Source: Candidatus Parcubacteria bacterium
Lineage (GTDB): Bacteria; Patescibacteriota; Minisyncoccia; Phycocordibacterales; UBA5272
Assembly: GCA_039796775.1 (NCBI GenBank)
Contig: JBDKJD010000001.1
Span: 88,399-152,398 of the forward strand
Length of the DNA stretch: 64,000 bases
Direction: 5' to 3'
Shown here: one piece after another, positions 1 to 9,631 of the stretch
Position numbering within the stretch: the stretch's first letter is position 1
How the letters are laid out: the number at the start of each line of letters is the position of its first letter
Notes under the pieces: generated by a model
The model's database searches: none
Told to the model about the DNA's origin: nothing
The model's input: only the letters and a program-made list of their open reading frames with translations
Made by a program: the position numbers and the translations under genes

Positions 1-394
1 ACGATGTAGCTGATTCTACATCGTGAGGAATCTTCGCTTTAATTCCATTATCACTATCTAATGATGACCATGAGTAACTAAACCCTTCCTTTATCACCGT
101 GTGAGAAGAGATATCTCCTTGTGCGCCTGTGACAGTACTTTTAACTGCTATCATACCATCTCGAACATAGACAACCCCCGTAGTACTCGCCATAGCCATA
201 TCGAAATGAAAAGCACATTCATGTGATTCACCGCTTTTGAACGCTTCCTCTAGATTACTTGTGGTGATAGGTTCTTGTGTACCATTCGAAGAGATGCGAC
301 TATCCTCTTTCATAACTATCCCAACATAATGAAAACAAATTACAGCAATAACTATGAAGACAATAGAAACGATTACTTTCCCAAATAATGTCAT
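1..394 (-). CDS. hypothetical membrane-anchored protein (partial; ORF runs off window start)
   Basis: The reverse-strand ATG at 392-394 opens a frame with no stop down to position 1. Hydrophobic N-terminus (MTLFGKVIVSIVFIVIAVICF). Not in ORF track because it is incomplete. Confidence 0.4.
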   Translation of the reverse strand, partial: MTLFGKVIVSIVFIVIAVICFHYVGIVMKEDSRISSNGTQEPITTSNLEEAFKSGESHECAFHFDMAMASTTGVVYVRDGMIAVKSTVTGAQGDISSHTVIKEGFSYSWSSLDSDNGIKAKIPHDVESATS

Positions 395-450
395 ATGCCT
401 AAAGTGTAACACAATATCATTCTATTTTTGTATAGGGAGATATCTACCTT

Positions 451-1308
451 CTAGCGTTTATGTTTTTCTATAAAGATATCTTGATTGAAGCCGCCTACGC
501 CAACATATTCAACGGCTGTGCTTTGTCCTTTCTTGGAAAGTAACATTTCTTCATATAAAGAACAATGAATGCATCCTTTATCACCATTGATACATGTGAA
601 CTCTTTTTTGTCCCTTACTTCTTTTACTCTCTTAGCGACAGCATAGACAGCATCATATGCTTCTTCATAGCTTGGTAACGTTTTTTCTACTACCGTATCT
701 CCGTCCAAATACCAATAACTCGCTTTGCTTACTTTTCTTTTCTGAAGAGCATGACATAGGAGCAGATAAATCGGGAGCTGAAGCGAAGATTCTTTTTCTT
801 CATGTTTTCCAGTTTTAAAATCAATAATATGAAGCGTGTCATCAGACAGATATTCAATCCAATCCACAAGACCATTTAAAATAATATTATCTTCTTCTGA
901 GAGATAGAAGTTGCACGGCATCTCACCGCGGGGAAGTTTGATTCTTTTGTTCACCAAGAAGCGCGGATTCTTAATCACTGTCTCTATCATGTCTATTCCT
1001 CTCCCTCTTAATACTGCCTCCTGTTCTTCATCTACGAATCCTCCCTTTTTTCCTTTTACTTTATCCCACTCTTCATTAAACCAAGCACGCAGATCTCTAC
1101 TCATTCGCTCTTCTGAAGGGTAATCTCCGAGACCTTCAACAACATTATGTACAGCAATTCCAAGAGACATATATGGTGTAACAAGTGTCATCTTCCTCCC
1201 AGTATTCGGATCCTTGTATACATTGTGAAGATAGTATAATCTTGGACACTTGAGAAAGTCTCCCATTGAAGAATGTGATACCCATGTCGCTGTATATTTG
1301 TCTGGCAT
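451..1308 (-). CDS. PD-(D/E)XK nuclease with Cas4/AddB-type 4Fe-4S cysteine set (mini-AddB-like)
   Basis: IIDFKTGK nuclease motif. One N-terminal Cys (FLKCPRLYYL) plus a C-terminal C-x5-C-x2-C cluster (CINGDKGCIHC), as in RecB-family/AddB nuclease domains. Lies immediately downstream of the helicase-nuclease. Confidence 0.75.
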   Translation of the reverse strand: MPDKYTATWVSHSSMGDFLKCPRLYYLHNVYKDPNTGRKMTLVTPYMSLGIAVHNVVEGLGDYPSEERMSRDLRAWFNEEWDKVKGKKGGFVDEEQEAVLRGRGIDMIETVIKNPRFLVNKRIKLPRGEMPCNFYLSEEDNIILNGLVDWIEYLSDDTLHIIDFKTGKHEEKESSLQLPIYLLLCHALQKRKVSKASYWYLDGDTVVEKTLPSYEEAYDAVYAVAKRVKEVRDKKEFTCINGDKGCIHCSLYEEMLLSKKGQSTAVEYVGVGGFNQDIFIEKHKR

Positions 1309-1395
1309 TATAGGATAAGTATATAGTGATTAAGGGTGAGTGACTAGGTTATGATATCTAAAAGTATCAACCCCTAAATATATAAAGTGTTCGAC

Positions 1396-4300
1396 CTATA
1401 TTCTCCCCTTAATTAAATCATCTTCAAATTGCTTAATTCCCTCAATGCTCTTTTCATACTTAGTTACATCAGGAAAGTCGAGTGTAATTATTTTGTGATA
1501 GACAATAGACGTGAGCTTTCTCAAATTTTCTTCTTCTTTTGTTGTTGTATCAAAAGAAAGAGTGAGTGTTTGTATTTTTCCTTCTTCCTCCTCTTCTACG
1601 AACTCAAGTGCGCCACTCTCTACGGTATACCCTTCGTATGTTCTTGAATGCTCTATGAGTACCTTATAAAAAAGTAGCTGATGTTTATAATGGTGAAGTT
1701 TAATCTCATCATAATCTGTGAGTTTAGGTTCTTCAAAAGAAGAGAATCCTTTACCTGTTTTTAGATCAATCACAGAAAGTACTTTATCTTCTCTTTCAAT
1801 CATCTTGTCTATCTTCCCTGTCAGATGTGCACCGTCAATCACTACACCATCGTTAGCGAAGTTAGCTTCTACTATTGCTTTACCATCAAACGTAGAGCCT
1901 GAAAGTTCGTAATACCTCGCAAGCACCTTCTCACCTCTATCTTGTAACTTTTCTTCTTCATATGATAGCAGTCTCCCGTACGAAAGCTCTCTTCTAAACG
2001 CATCGAGTAAAAGTGAAAGCGGTGGTAGCTTCCGTGTCTTTGTAACACAGACCTGTGCTTCTTCAAGCGCTTTATGTATCGCCGAACCGTATACTCCGCT
2101 TGGTGTTTTAGATTGAGGGAACCTCAGTATATTCTGCTCTAAGAATGTGATTGGACCACCTTTAGTCACATCGAGAAAGTTATTAAGGTGCGTCGGTGAT
2201 AGCTTATACCCTTCTATTACTTTTTTGAGAAGCGCCTGCTCGTCTTGTGCAAAAGGCGGCGCATGATATGGAGAAAGACCAGCTGCGATATGAAGAGATG
2301 ACTCACTCACTTCTTGCATCTCACTCTTAGGAAGATTTTCATGCTGAAGATATCTAAGAAGTGCTTCGTGATGAGTGAGATAGAGCGTGTGACGAGCGCG
2401 CGTCAGAGCTACATAGAGTAACCGAATGAAATCATCTTCATTATCCCCTGCGCTTGCCAGAGGCAAATTACTAGGAAAACTAATCTTACTCCCCTTTCTT
2501 CCACCTGCCCAAACTGCATCATTAAGAGAGATGATGAAAACATACGCGAACTCTAATCCCTTAGCACCATGAGAGGTGAGCAGTTCTACAGAGTTTTCAT
2601 TATGAGCAAAAGGTGTTGTGTTGGTAAGCGGAATGTTATACGCAATATGCATATCGACAAAATCTCCAACGTCCTTAACCTGTATCATACTCCCATGACG
2701 CCACTCTCTTAACCCGCGCATAAAGACTCGCAGAGAAGAAAGAAAGTGAATATACTTACTCGGCGAATGTTTCAAGATTTCTTCTCCGAAATAATACGTC
2801 TTATAGGGTGATGTATATGACGTACTAAGAGTGAGTGTGCTATACGACAAAAAGTCTTCCTCTTCATCTTCGCTAGTAAGAGGCATATCCTTGCTACCGA
2901 TGAGAGTATCTAGAATAATTTCTAGAGGTGTAGTGAGTGACAAAACACCAAGCTCTGTCAAAAATAATGCAATATCCCTAACCTTGTCTTCTTCGGACTG
3001 CTGCATGGCTTCTAGCCATGATATATGCTCTCGCTTAGCCTGCTCTGCTATCTTCCACACAGTAATACGATCGATCCCCCAGAAACTAAACGAAAGTATT
3101 TCTGGTAATAAATCATCTCTCATGGAGGTGACACTTCCAACGTTCGCGAGGAATCTACAGAGAGTAATGAGTTCTCTTACATGCTGCTCATCGAACACAT
3201 TTTCCTTTCGTGTGTATGTATAAGGAATATGTTGATTATCTAAATAAGGGAGGAGCGTCGTAAGCCCCTTATGTTCACGACTAATTACCGCAATCTCTTT
3301 TGCGTCTATTCCAGAATCTAAAAGTTTTTTAATTTCTTTAGCAACATATGCGTACTCTTCCTCCTCTGTTTTAAATGAATAACTAAAAATAGCACCTTTA
3401 GGAAGCGTTGTGTTCTTTGCAACTAATGTCTTAGTTATTTCTTTATAGTGATTCTCGAGGCGATTCACACCTTGAGTAACTATGATACGAGAGAAGTCGA
3501 GCACCTCTTGTGTTGAACGATAGTTCTCCGTGAGCACTATCACCTCAACATCTTTGTACAGCTCTTTGAATGAATGAATGTTCGAAATCTCTGCTCCTTG
3601 AAATTTATAAATAGCCTGATCGTCGTCCCCTACCACGCAAACATTGGCTCTGCCTTCATGCACTTCATTGCTCGACAATGCTTTCACGAGTGATAGCTGT
3701 GCATTATTGGTGTCCTGAAATTCATCTACCATGATGTAGTGATACTGCTCTTCGAGCTCAGCGCGTAACGTCTCACTTTTAGACAATGCTTCAACCACCT
3801 GAATAATCATGTCTTCGTAATCAAAAAGTCCTTCTTCATAGAGTGCTTTCTGATACTTCTCATACACATCTGTGAGAGCATAGAGCTTAGGAAGTGAGAG
3901 ATATTCTTTTAGCACACGAGTACCATCTTCATCTTTGCCGGTGTAAGAACTCTTCCATTCAGACAGTGGAGTATTCTTCTCCTTTGCTTCGGCTTCAGCT
4001 ATAGCGGACTCAATACTAGAAGCGAGCACTCGTGAAAGATTAGTATTCACCTTTAGAAAAGCATCCTTCATAGTTTCAAATGCGGAAAGTGAATCCTTAC
4101 CAATACGTTCAGGAAGATACTCATCTAAAATCTTATGCAGAGCATCATAACTCTTCGCATTCTCATCTAGTATCTCCTTGAACCTGAGCGGAGTAAGTCC
4201 TCCCTTTTTAATATCTTTTATTCTTACCTGACACTCCTTGAGATATGCATATCCGCGCTCAGGGTGATACGCACCTAGTATGTGTTTATGTGGTAGTCGT

Positions 4301-4764
4301 TTAAAAATATCTTCCAATATCTCACTTTGGGTGAGGTCACTCGCTGGCTTAAACGTAATGTGATCAAAAAAGTATTCCGGATATCTCCCAATGATATCAG
4401 TACAGAATGAGTGAAAGGTATAAATCGCGACACGGAATGCGTCTGGCCCGATAAGAGACTCGAGACGCTCTCTCATATTACGCGCAGCTGTCTCGGTGAA
4501 AGTGAGACAAAGAATATTAGACGCCTTGGCATTACCATTTCGCAATATATTACCAACACGAAGCGATAAGAGTTCTGTCTTTCCGCTTCCTGGGCCTGCT
4601 ATCACCATAACTGGTCCATCTGTTGTGTCCACCGCTTTCTGTTGAGCTTTATTAAGAGCATTATAACGCTTCTTAAAATTCTCATTTAGGGGTAACACTT
4701 GATCTCTTAATTGTTTGTTCGAATTCATTATCTTACTAGTATACGACAAGTTGACATATGTCAT
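1396..4764 (-). CDS. UvrD/PcrA-type ATP-dependent helicase with C-terminal PD-(D/E)XK nuclease domain (AddA-like)
   Basis: Walker A AGPGSGKT; helicase motifs MVDEFQDTN, VGDDDQAIYKFQGA, TENYRS. C-terminal VIDLKTGK nuclease motif. 1122 aa. True start may be the internal Met (MNSNKQ, about 4728). Confidence 0.85.
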   Translation of the reverse strand: MTYVNLSYTSKIMNSNKQLRDQVLPLNENFKKRYNALNKAQQKAVDTTDGPVMVIAGPGSGKTELLSLRVGNILRNGNAKASNILCLTFTETAARNMRERLESLIGPDAFRVAIYTFHSFCTDIIGRYPEYFFDHITFKPASDLTQSEILEDIFKRLPHKHILGAYHPERGYAYLKECQVRIKDIKKGGLTPLRFKEILDENAKSYDALHKILDEYLPERIGKDSLSAFETMKDAFLKVNTNLSRVLASSIESAIAEAEAKEKNTPLSEWKSSYTGKDEDGTRVLKEYLSLPKLYALTDVYEKYQKALYEEGLFDYEDMIIQVVEALSKSETLRAELEEQYHYIMVDEFQDTNNAQLSLVKALSSNEVHEGRANVCVVGDDDQAIYKFQGAEISNIHSFKELYKDVEVIVLTENYRSTQEVLDFSRIIVTQGVNRLENHYKEITKTLVAKNTTLPKGAIFSYSFKTEEEEYAYVAKEIKKLLDSGIDAKEIAVISREHKGLTTLLPYLDNQHIPYTYTRKENVFDEQHVRELITLCRFLANVGSVTSMRDDLLPEILSFSFWGIDRITVWKIAEQAKREHISWLEAMQQSEEDKVRDIALFLTELGVLSLTTPLEIILDTLIGSKDMPLTSEDEEEDFLSYSTLTLSTSYTSPYKTYYFGEEILKHSPSKYIHFLSSLRVFMRGLREWRHGSMIQVKDVGDFVDMHIAYNIPLTNTTPFAHNENSVELLTSHGAKGLEFAYVFIISLNDAVWAGGRKGSKISFPSNLPLASAGDNEDDFIRLLYVALTRARHTLYLTHHEALLRYLQHENLPKSEMQEVSESSLHIAAGLSPYHAPPFAQDEQALLKKVIEGYKLSPTHLNNFLDVTKGGPITFLEQNILRFPQSKTPSGVYGSAIHKALEEAQVCVTKTRKLPPLSLLLDAFRRELSYGRLLSYEEEKLQDRGEKVLARYYELSGSTFDGKAIVEANFANDGVVIDGAHLTGKIDKMIEREDKVLSVIDLKTGKGFSSFEEPKLTDYDEIKLHHYKHQLLFYKVLIEHSRTYEGYTVESGALEFVEEEEEGKIQTLTLSFDTTTKEEENLRKLTSIVYHKIITLDFPDVTKYEKSIEGIKQFEDDLIKGRI

Positions 4765-4825
4765 ATGTTAATGTATAGTTTTGGCAGTTGAACATTCACA
4801 GAAACATTTATAGAAAGGAAACATC

Positions 4826-5272
4826 ATGTTTCAAAAACTAGATAACACATTGATCATGATAGCTCAATATGTCGTGAGACAACTCGAACTCTACACTGAA
4901 GTCAAGAGGGATAGACTGTTTACAAAACTCATCAAAGTGAGTAAATTTGCTGAGAGATTATCTATTTTCTTCTTTTTCGACAGCTTTATCACCAATGATA
5001 TTGAACTGATCCACACGGAGAAAAAAAATGACATAACGTTACCTAAAGAAATAATAACCAGAAGAAAGGAAAGAGGCGACAGACTAATTCAGTTCACGAT
5101 TTTTCTGCTGCTTTTCCTTGCAACAAGTTACGTCTGGATTCTAGGAACTCTCTGCTACGCGATATTGTTGATACTGGAATACCTCCTCTGTACAACATCG
5201 CTCCCACCAGGAGAGAAGGAGGCTAGGAAGAAAGCCAAGGAAACGAGGAGTCTCACTCCTCAAGTCACCTAA
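4826..5272 (+). CDS. hypothetical protein
   Basis: ORF only; hydrophobic C-terminal half; no recognisable motif. Confidence 0.3.
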   Translation: MFQKLDNTLIMIAQYVVRQLELYTEVKRDRLFTKLIKVSKFAERLSIFFFFDSFITNDIELIHTEKKNDITLPKEIITRRKERGDRLIQFTIFLLLFLATSYVWILGTLCYAILLILEYLLCTTSLPPGEKEARKKAKETRSLTPQVT

Positions 5273-5300
5273 ACGCGACGATCAACACTCCGACCACTAC

Positions 5301-5348
5301 AAGCGTTTGATTAAGTAACAATTACTTAATCAAACGCTTTTTCTTTTT
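5301..5348. terminator. bidirectional intrinsic terminator hairpin
   Basis: Perfect inverted repeat aagcgtttgattaagtaa/ttacttaatcaaacgctt followed by a T-tract. Sits between convergent genes. Confidence 0.6.
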
Positions 5349-5361
5349 ATATATACAATCT

Positions 5362-5964
5362 CTATCGTAATGCTTTGAGTCTTGTGATAGTCGATTCTAA
5401 ATGATCAACAAGTGCGGCATTGCTATTCTTCTCTTTGGCTATAGATACCACCTCTTCATGTAACCATATTCTATTATCAAGCGATGAATGAAATCGAGAG
5501 AGAAACATCTCCCCTTCTTTATGTATTCCTTCAATAAGACTTTCTGTATTATGAATCTTATCTGCGAGAGCGATAAGTATCGCATCATCATGGCCACTTC
5601 GCAGTTGGCTCAAATAACGTTCCTTTCTCGTAAGCCATGGTAATTGATCGATGAATTCCTTGTTGGGGTCAAGAGGTTCGGTAACTGTAGATACAAGCAA
5701 TGCAGACCTTTCTCCTATATCATCAATTAATCTAGCCATGTTATATCCTGGTATATCTTCTAATGAATCGTGGAAAAGTGCAGCGATCAAAACATCTTCA
5801 TCATCTGTTATCTGAGACACGAGAATCATAACAGCAACTAGATGTGTAACATACGGTGTCTTCATAGCGTCATTGCGATAATGATGGGCGTGAAGTATCG
5901 CCACTTGTTCTATCGCTTTATTCAAACGAGGAGTAAATTTCATATCACAATAGTAACACATCAC
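5362..5964 (-). CDS. HD-domain phosphohydrolase
   Basis: H..HD..ED pattern: ILHAHHYRN ... LFHDSLEDIP. Confidence 0.7.
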   Translation of the reverse strand: MMCYYCDMKFTPRLNKAIEQVAILHAHHYRNDAMKTPYVTHLVAVMILVSQITDDEDVLIAALFHDSLEDIPGYNMARLIDDIGERSALLVSTVTEPLDPNKEFIDQLPWLTRKERYLSQLRSGHDDAILIALADKIHNTESLIEGIHKEGEMFLSRFHSSLDNRIWLHEEVVSIAKEKNSNAALVDHLESTITRLKALR

Positions 5965-6114
5965 TTACGCAATGGGGGTATCTATAATCCTTACCCTTAT
6001 GGTACTTTTTGTAGACATTGACATTAATATAAATATGTTATATAATAATATAGTGGAATTTTTGTCTTAGTTCTTTTTCATCTTTCATCAATCTAACCTA
6101 ACAGGAGATACATC

Positions 6115-6636
6115 ATGTATACTGTGCGACAACTCTTTCTCGTCTGGATGAGTTTCTTCCAGATGGGATTCGTTGGGAGTCAAAGCTATCCACCCTCTGA
6201 TCATCCAAACATGGACATGGAGCGCAACACTCTTCCCTTTGTCATCAAAGTGGCGATAGGATTGGTGTTACTCTTTGGAGTGCTGCCATCTATTTGGGCC
6301 GTCCTTTCTGGAGGTGACATCTTTCAAGATGTCATGGAGTGGTATCTCGGGGAGACATTTGACCCTAATTTACACAACGCTTATGACGTTGGCGTAGCGC
6401 TCTACCGAGCATCACTCGGTGCCGCCATTGTGATATTGATAGGAATGCTACAGAAAGGTAAGTGGTTGCTTGTGCTCAGCAAGCAATACCTTATCTTGGC
6501 TGTCTTATCATTCGGTTGGACAATGATCGGAGGGATGATGCTCATCCAACAAATAACTGGGAGAAATCTCGGTTGGTATGACTTGATGTTCATCCCTGTA
6601 GTTGCTGTCGGCTATCTATTCCTTCCACGTAAGTGA
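6115..6636 (+). CDS. hypothetical integral membrane protein
   Basis: Several hydrophobic segments; no motif. Confidence 0.45.
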   Translation: MYTVRQLFLVWMSFFQMGFVGSQSYPPSDHPNMDMERNTLPFVIKVAIGLVLLFGVLPSIWAVLSGGDIFQDVMEWYLGETFDPNLHNAYDVGVALYRASLGAAIVILIGMLQKGKWLLVLSKQYLILAVLSFGWTMIGGMMLIQQITGRNLGWYDLMFIPVVAVGYLFLPRK

Positions 6637-6656
6637 AGTAAGGACTCCCATAGAGC

Positions 6657-6690
6657 AATCCCCGAAAGCGCAAGCTTTCGGGGATTTTTG
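6657..6690 (+). terminator. intrinsic terminator
   Basis: aatccccgaaagc-gcaa-gctttcggggatt hairpin followed by ttttg. Confidence 0.65.
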
Positions 6691-6943
6691 TTAAAAAACA
6701 GTTAGTTAACTCTATGTGATCAACTGATTATCATTAACTATTTATACTAATTACTAATTGTTGTAATTATTTTGCGACTACCTTCTTTGGTTTCTTTGCT
6801 TCTTTTCTATGTGTTTTTGTTTCTTTTGCCATATGTAAAAAGTATATAGACAGACACATAAGTATTCTAGTGGATAACTAAGCGTCTCTTTTATCATCTG
6901 TTGAATATCTAGCTTTTTTTGTATTAACAACTTATAATAGTAT

Positions 6944-7077
6944 GAGTGTTTGAGGTTCAACTGATTGAATAGGTTTGCCCCCCCTGTGGTTCAATCTGCT
7001 CAAACACTCGCAAGAAAAGCGAGAGTCTTGTGTATCTGGTTGCGGTCTAGTCCACAAGACTTACCGCAACTTTTTTT
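6944..7077 (+). ncRNA. candidate small structured RNA ending in an intrinsic terminator
   Basis: TATAAT box at 6934-6939. An 11-bp perfect stem (gagtgtttgag 6944-6954 / ctcaaacactc 6999-7009) encloses sub-hairpins. Terminal hairpin gttgcggt...accgcaac (7039-7070) plus T7. No ORF with a plausible RBS. Confidence 0.3.
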
Positions 7078-7454
7078 ATTTGCATAATTTTGACAACCTT
7101 CTCCCTGATTGTATAGCCTCATTTTCATTAGAGAAATAAACTCTATTAGAAACTTTTGTACGTGAAGCACCTTGGCACCAAGTGTAGGTATAGGTCTCCC
7201 CTCCTTTGCTCCCAAAGATAAGAGAAGGTGAGCTCTGTGAACTTTTTATTTCTTCTTGTTTATAGAGAAAGGTTATTGGTTTGTTCTCTTTGTTATTTCT
7301 ATTCTTGACAACAATAAGAAAAACAAGCAATAAAAGAAACAGCAACAAAAGTGTGACTATATCAAATAAAATAATGCGCCTATTGATATTTCTGACAATA
7401 TCTTGTATACTGAAATCTCTAATAAATACCATATTAATTATTTAAGTATACGCT

Positions 7455-7727
7455 ATGGCAACCCGTAAAGCCGCCGGATCGGCAAAAAACCTAACTGACT
7501 CAAAGCCTAAGTACCTCGGTACTAAGCTCTATGCTGGAGAAACCGCTTCAGCTGGTGCTATTATTGTTCGCCAAAGAGGGAACAAAATCTTAGCTGGTCA
7601 AAACGTTGGAACAGGAAAAGATCACACACTCTACGCATTAAAAGAAGGAAGAGTCAGATTCTCAGAAAAAAGAATGAAACATCTCGATGGCTCCAACAAA
7701 AGAAAGAAAGTAGCTAACGTTGAATAA
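7455..7727 (+). CDS. rpmA: 50S ribosomal protein L27
   Basis: Length 90 aa. Sequence MATRKAAGS...KLYAGE...VRQRGNK matches bL27. Confidence 0.95.
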   Translation: MATRKAAGSAKNLTDSKPKYLGTKLYAGETASAGAIIVRQRGNKILAGQNVGTGKDHTLYALKEGRVRFSEKRMKHLDGSNKRKKVANVE

Positions 7728-7731
7728 TAAT

Positions 7732-7770
7732 AAAAGCGTCCCGCAGGGACGCTTTTATTATTATTCTTTT
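7732..7770 (+). terminator. intrinsic terminator after rpmA
   Basis: aaaagcgtccc-gcag-ggacgctttt hairpin plus T-rich tract. Confidence 0.7.
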
Positions 7771-7808
7771 GTTTCTGTAAATATGACGGGTTTTATTTTG
7801 TCGTCTAT

Positions 7809-8249
7809 CTACTTAATCTCAATTTTTAAACTTTTTGTATCTTTACCTTCTGAAAGATTATACGAATGAATACCCATACTCTTAATTGGGGTTGATATTG
7901 TTATCTGCTTTGGGTCTATAGAGAGCGCAATCGCTTCAAAAATAGCGTCTGCAATATCCCCCTCTCTAATCGCTGCAAACAACTGACCTTTATTGTCATG
8001 CTTCTTCCCAGAAATTATGAGATGTTCTTTTTGTAACATATCAACAGCTCTCGCGAAGAGACTAGTAGCGATAGCTTTTTTGTGCTCTTTAGCATTTTCT
8101 TTCATATTCCATTTAGCGAGCTCACCTGGAGTCGCTAAGAGCGCATCGCCTTTTTTGATAAGCACATTAATACCGTAAGCATCTGACACATCTTTGACAT
8201 CACCGCGCTTGCCTAATTTTGATATATCTTTGAGAAGTATTACTTTCAT
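7809..8249 (-). CDS. rplI: 50S ribosomal protein L9
   Basis: MKVILLKDISKLGKRGDVKDVSDAYGINVLI matches the bL9 N-domain. 146 aa. Confidence 0.9.
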   Translation of the reverse strand: MKVILLKDISKLGKRGDVKDVSDAYGINVLIKKGDALLATPGELAKWNMKENAKEHKKAIATSLFARAVDMLQKEHLIISGKKHDNKGQLFAAIREGDIADAIFEAIALSIDPKQITISTPIKSMGIHSYNLSEGKDTKSLKIEIK

Positions 8250-8350
8250 AGTGGCTATTATACATGAGGAAATGAAATGTATAAAGAACGAAAAGCCGAA
8301 GGCTTTTCGTTCTTTATTACACTACGCACCAATTAATTAAGAGAGTGTAT

Positions 8351-9601
8351 CTATTTGGTAGTCTTCACTACTTCTATCGCTTTCTCTAATTGTATATCAC
8401 GAACAGATCCATCTTTAGCTTTGAGTGTAGTTGTTGCTACTACTTCTACAGTTGGAACAATACCATGTTCAGAGATATTAACTCCGTTTGGAGTGAACCA
8501 TTTAGCTACTGTCACTTTGATGGACGCACCTTCATCTAGATTGATAAGTTCTTGCACTGAACCCTTGCCGAATGTTTTGACCCCAACAACAGTGGCAACA
8601 CCATGATCCTTAAGTGCTCCAGCCACAATCTCAGAAGCTGATGCTGAACCTCCGTCTACCAATACCGCGACTTTTGTTTGAGCAGGAACACTTCGTATGC
8701 CGTAGCTTCTGTGATTGAGGACAGCTTCTTGCTTGCCTTGTTTCTCAGATACTACTACTTGTCCTTCTTTTAGGAAATGGCTCGAGATAGTGACTGCAGC
8801 TTCCAAGTATCCTCCTGGGTTGCTACGAAGATCGATCACGAGATGTTTGAGACCAGACTGAATGAATTCATTAATTGCTGTATCGAATAATTTAGGAGAT
8901 TCACTGGAAAAATTATAAAGGCGTATAATGAAAACCTTATCTTTTTTCTCTGTGTCGATGGTAGGTATTTTAATTTCTTTTCTTGTAATAGTGATATCTT
9001 TTGTTTCTTTTTCACCTTGTCTTGCAACAGTGATAGTGACTTCTGTATCTAACTCACCACGAATATATGAGACCGCTTCTTCTGAAGTGAGCCCCACCAT
9101 GTTCTTTTTATCTACGGCTGTTATCACATCTCCTGCTTTAATACCTGCTTTCATCGCTGGAGAATCCTTAAGAGGGGCTATTACTACAATATTGCCATCT
9201 TTCATACCCACTGTCATACCGACTCCACCGAATGATCCTCTCACGTTTTCTGCGAAGCTTTTGGCTTCCTGTGGTGGCATAAAGACTGTATACGGATCCT
9301 TGAAACTATCAACATATCCTTTAATAATTCCATACTCCAATTCTTTGGCTGTAGGGAGTGTGGACGAAGATTTCCAAAAAACGAATTTTTTGTCGAGATG
9401 CTGTCGAACTGATTGAAACAGTGCAGTATCATAAGAAACACTCTCCGCCTCTGCTTTACTAGCATTCCCAATTAAAAACCCTCCTATAAAAATAGCGAAA
9501 ATAAGGACGCCTATAAAAATACTCTTAATAATAAAGTTTTTTGAATGTAGTCCATTATGATGAACATGATTAGAATCGTGCATATAGTAAAAGTATAGCA
9601 A
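8351..9601 (-). CDS. ctpA: C-terminal processing peptidase (S41 family, PDZ domain)
   Basis: PDZ segment GVGMTVGMKDGNIVVIAPLKDSPAMKAGIKAGDVI. S41 core LVIDLRSNPGGYL. N-terminal TM segment. Confidence 0.85.
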   Translation of the reverse strand: MLYFYYMHDSNHVHHNGLHSKNFIIKSIFIGVLIFAIFIGGFLIGNASKAEAESVSYDTALFQSVRQHLDKKFVFWKSSSTLPTAKELEYGIIKGYVDSFKDPYTVFMPPQEAKSFAENVRGSFGGVGMTVGMKDGNIVVIAPLKDSPAMKAGIKAGDVITAVDKKNMVGLTSEEAVSYIRGELDTEVTITVARQGEKETKDITITRKEIKIPTIDTEKKDKVFIIRLYNFSSESPKLFDTAINEFIQSGLKHLVIDLRSNPGGYLEAAVTISSHFLKEGQVVVSEKQGKQEAVLNHRSYGIRSVPAQTKVAVLVDGGSASASEIVAGALKDHGVATVVGVKTFGKGSVQELINLDEGASIKVTVAKWFTPNGVNISEHGIVPTVEVVATTTLKAKDGSVRDIQLEKAIEVVKTTK

Positions 9602-9631
9602 GTCTTTGTGATAGAATAAAAGGATACAATT

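Noticed and set aside
6944-7077. Identification of the sRNA candidate as SRP RNA (ffs) or tmRNA
   Set aside because: No SRP domain-IV GGAAGCAGCC-type motif, no tRNA-like acceptor ends and no tag-peptide reading frame were found. Left as an unclassified candidate.
6778-7432. Minus-strand ORFs 6778-6960, 7000-7215 and 7076-7432 in the AT-rich gap
   Set aside because: These are low-complexity (poly-Lys/Leu) translations of AT-rich DNA with no RBS. One overlaps the terminator-ended structured element on the opposite strand. The tiny 21-codon frame at 6768-6832 (-) also lacks an RBS.
8355-9471. Antisense or embedded ORFs inside ctpA (8355-8606 +, 8836-9027 -, 8928-9416 +, 9241-9471 -)
   Set aside because: Fully nested in a well-supported S41 peptidase gene. 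Ser/Thr/Val-rich translations typical of antisense frames.
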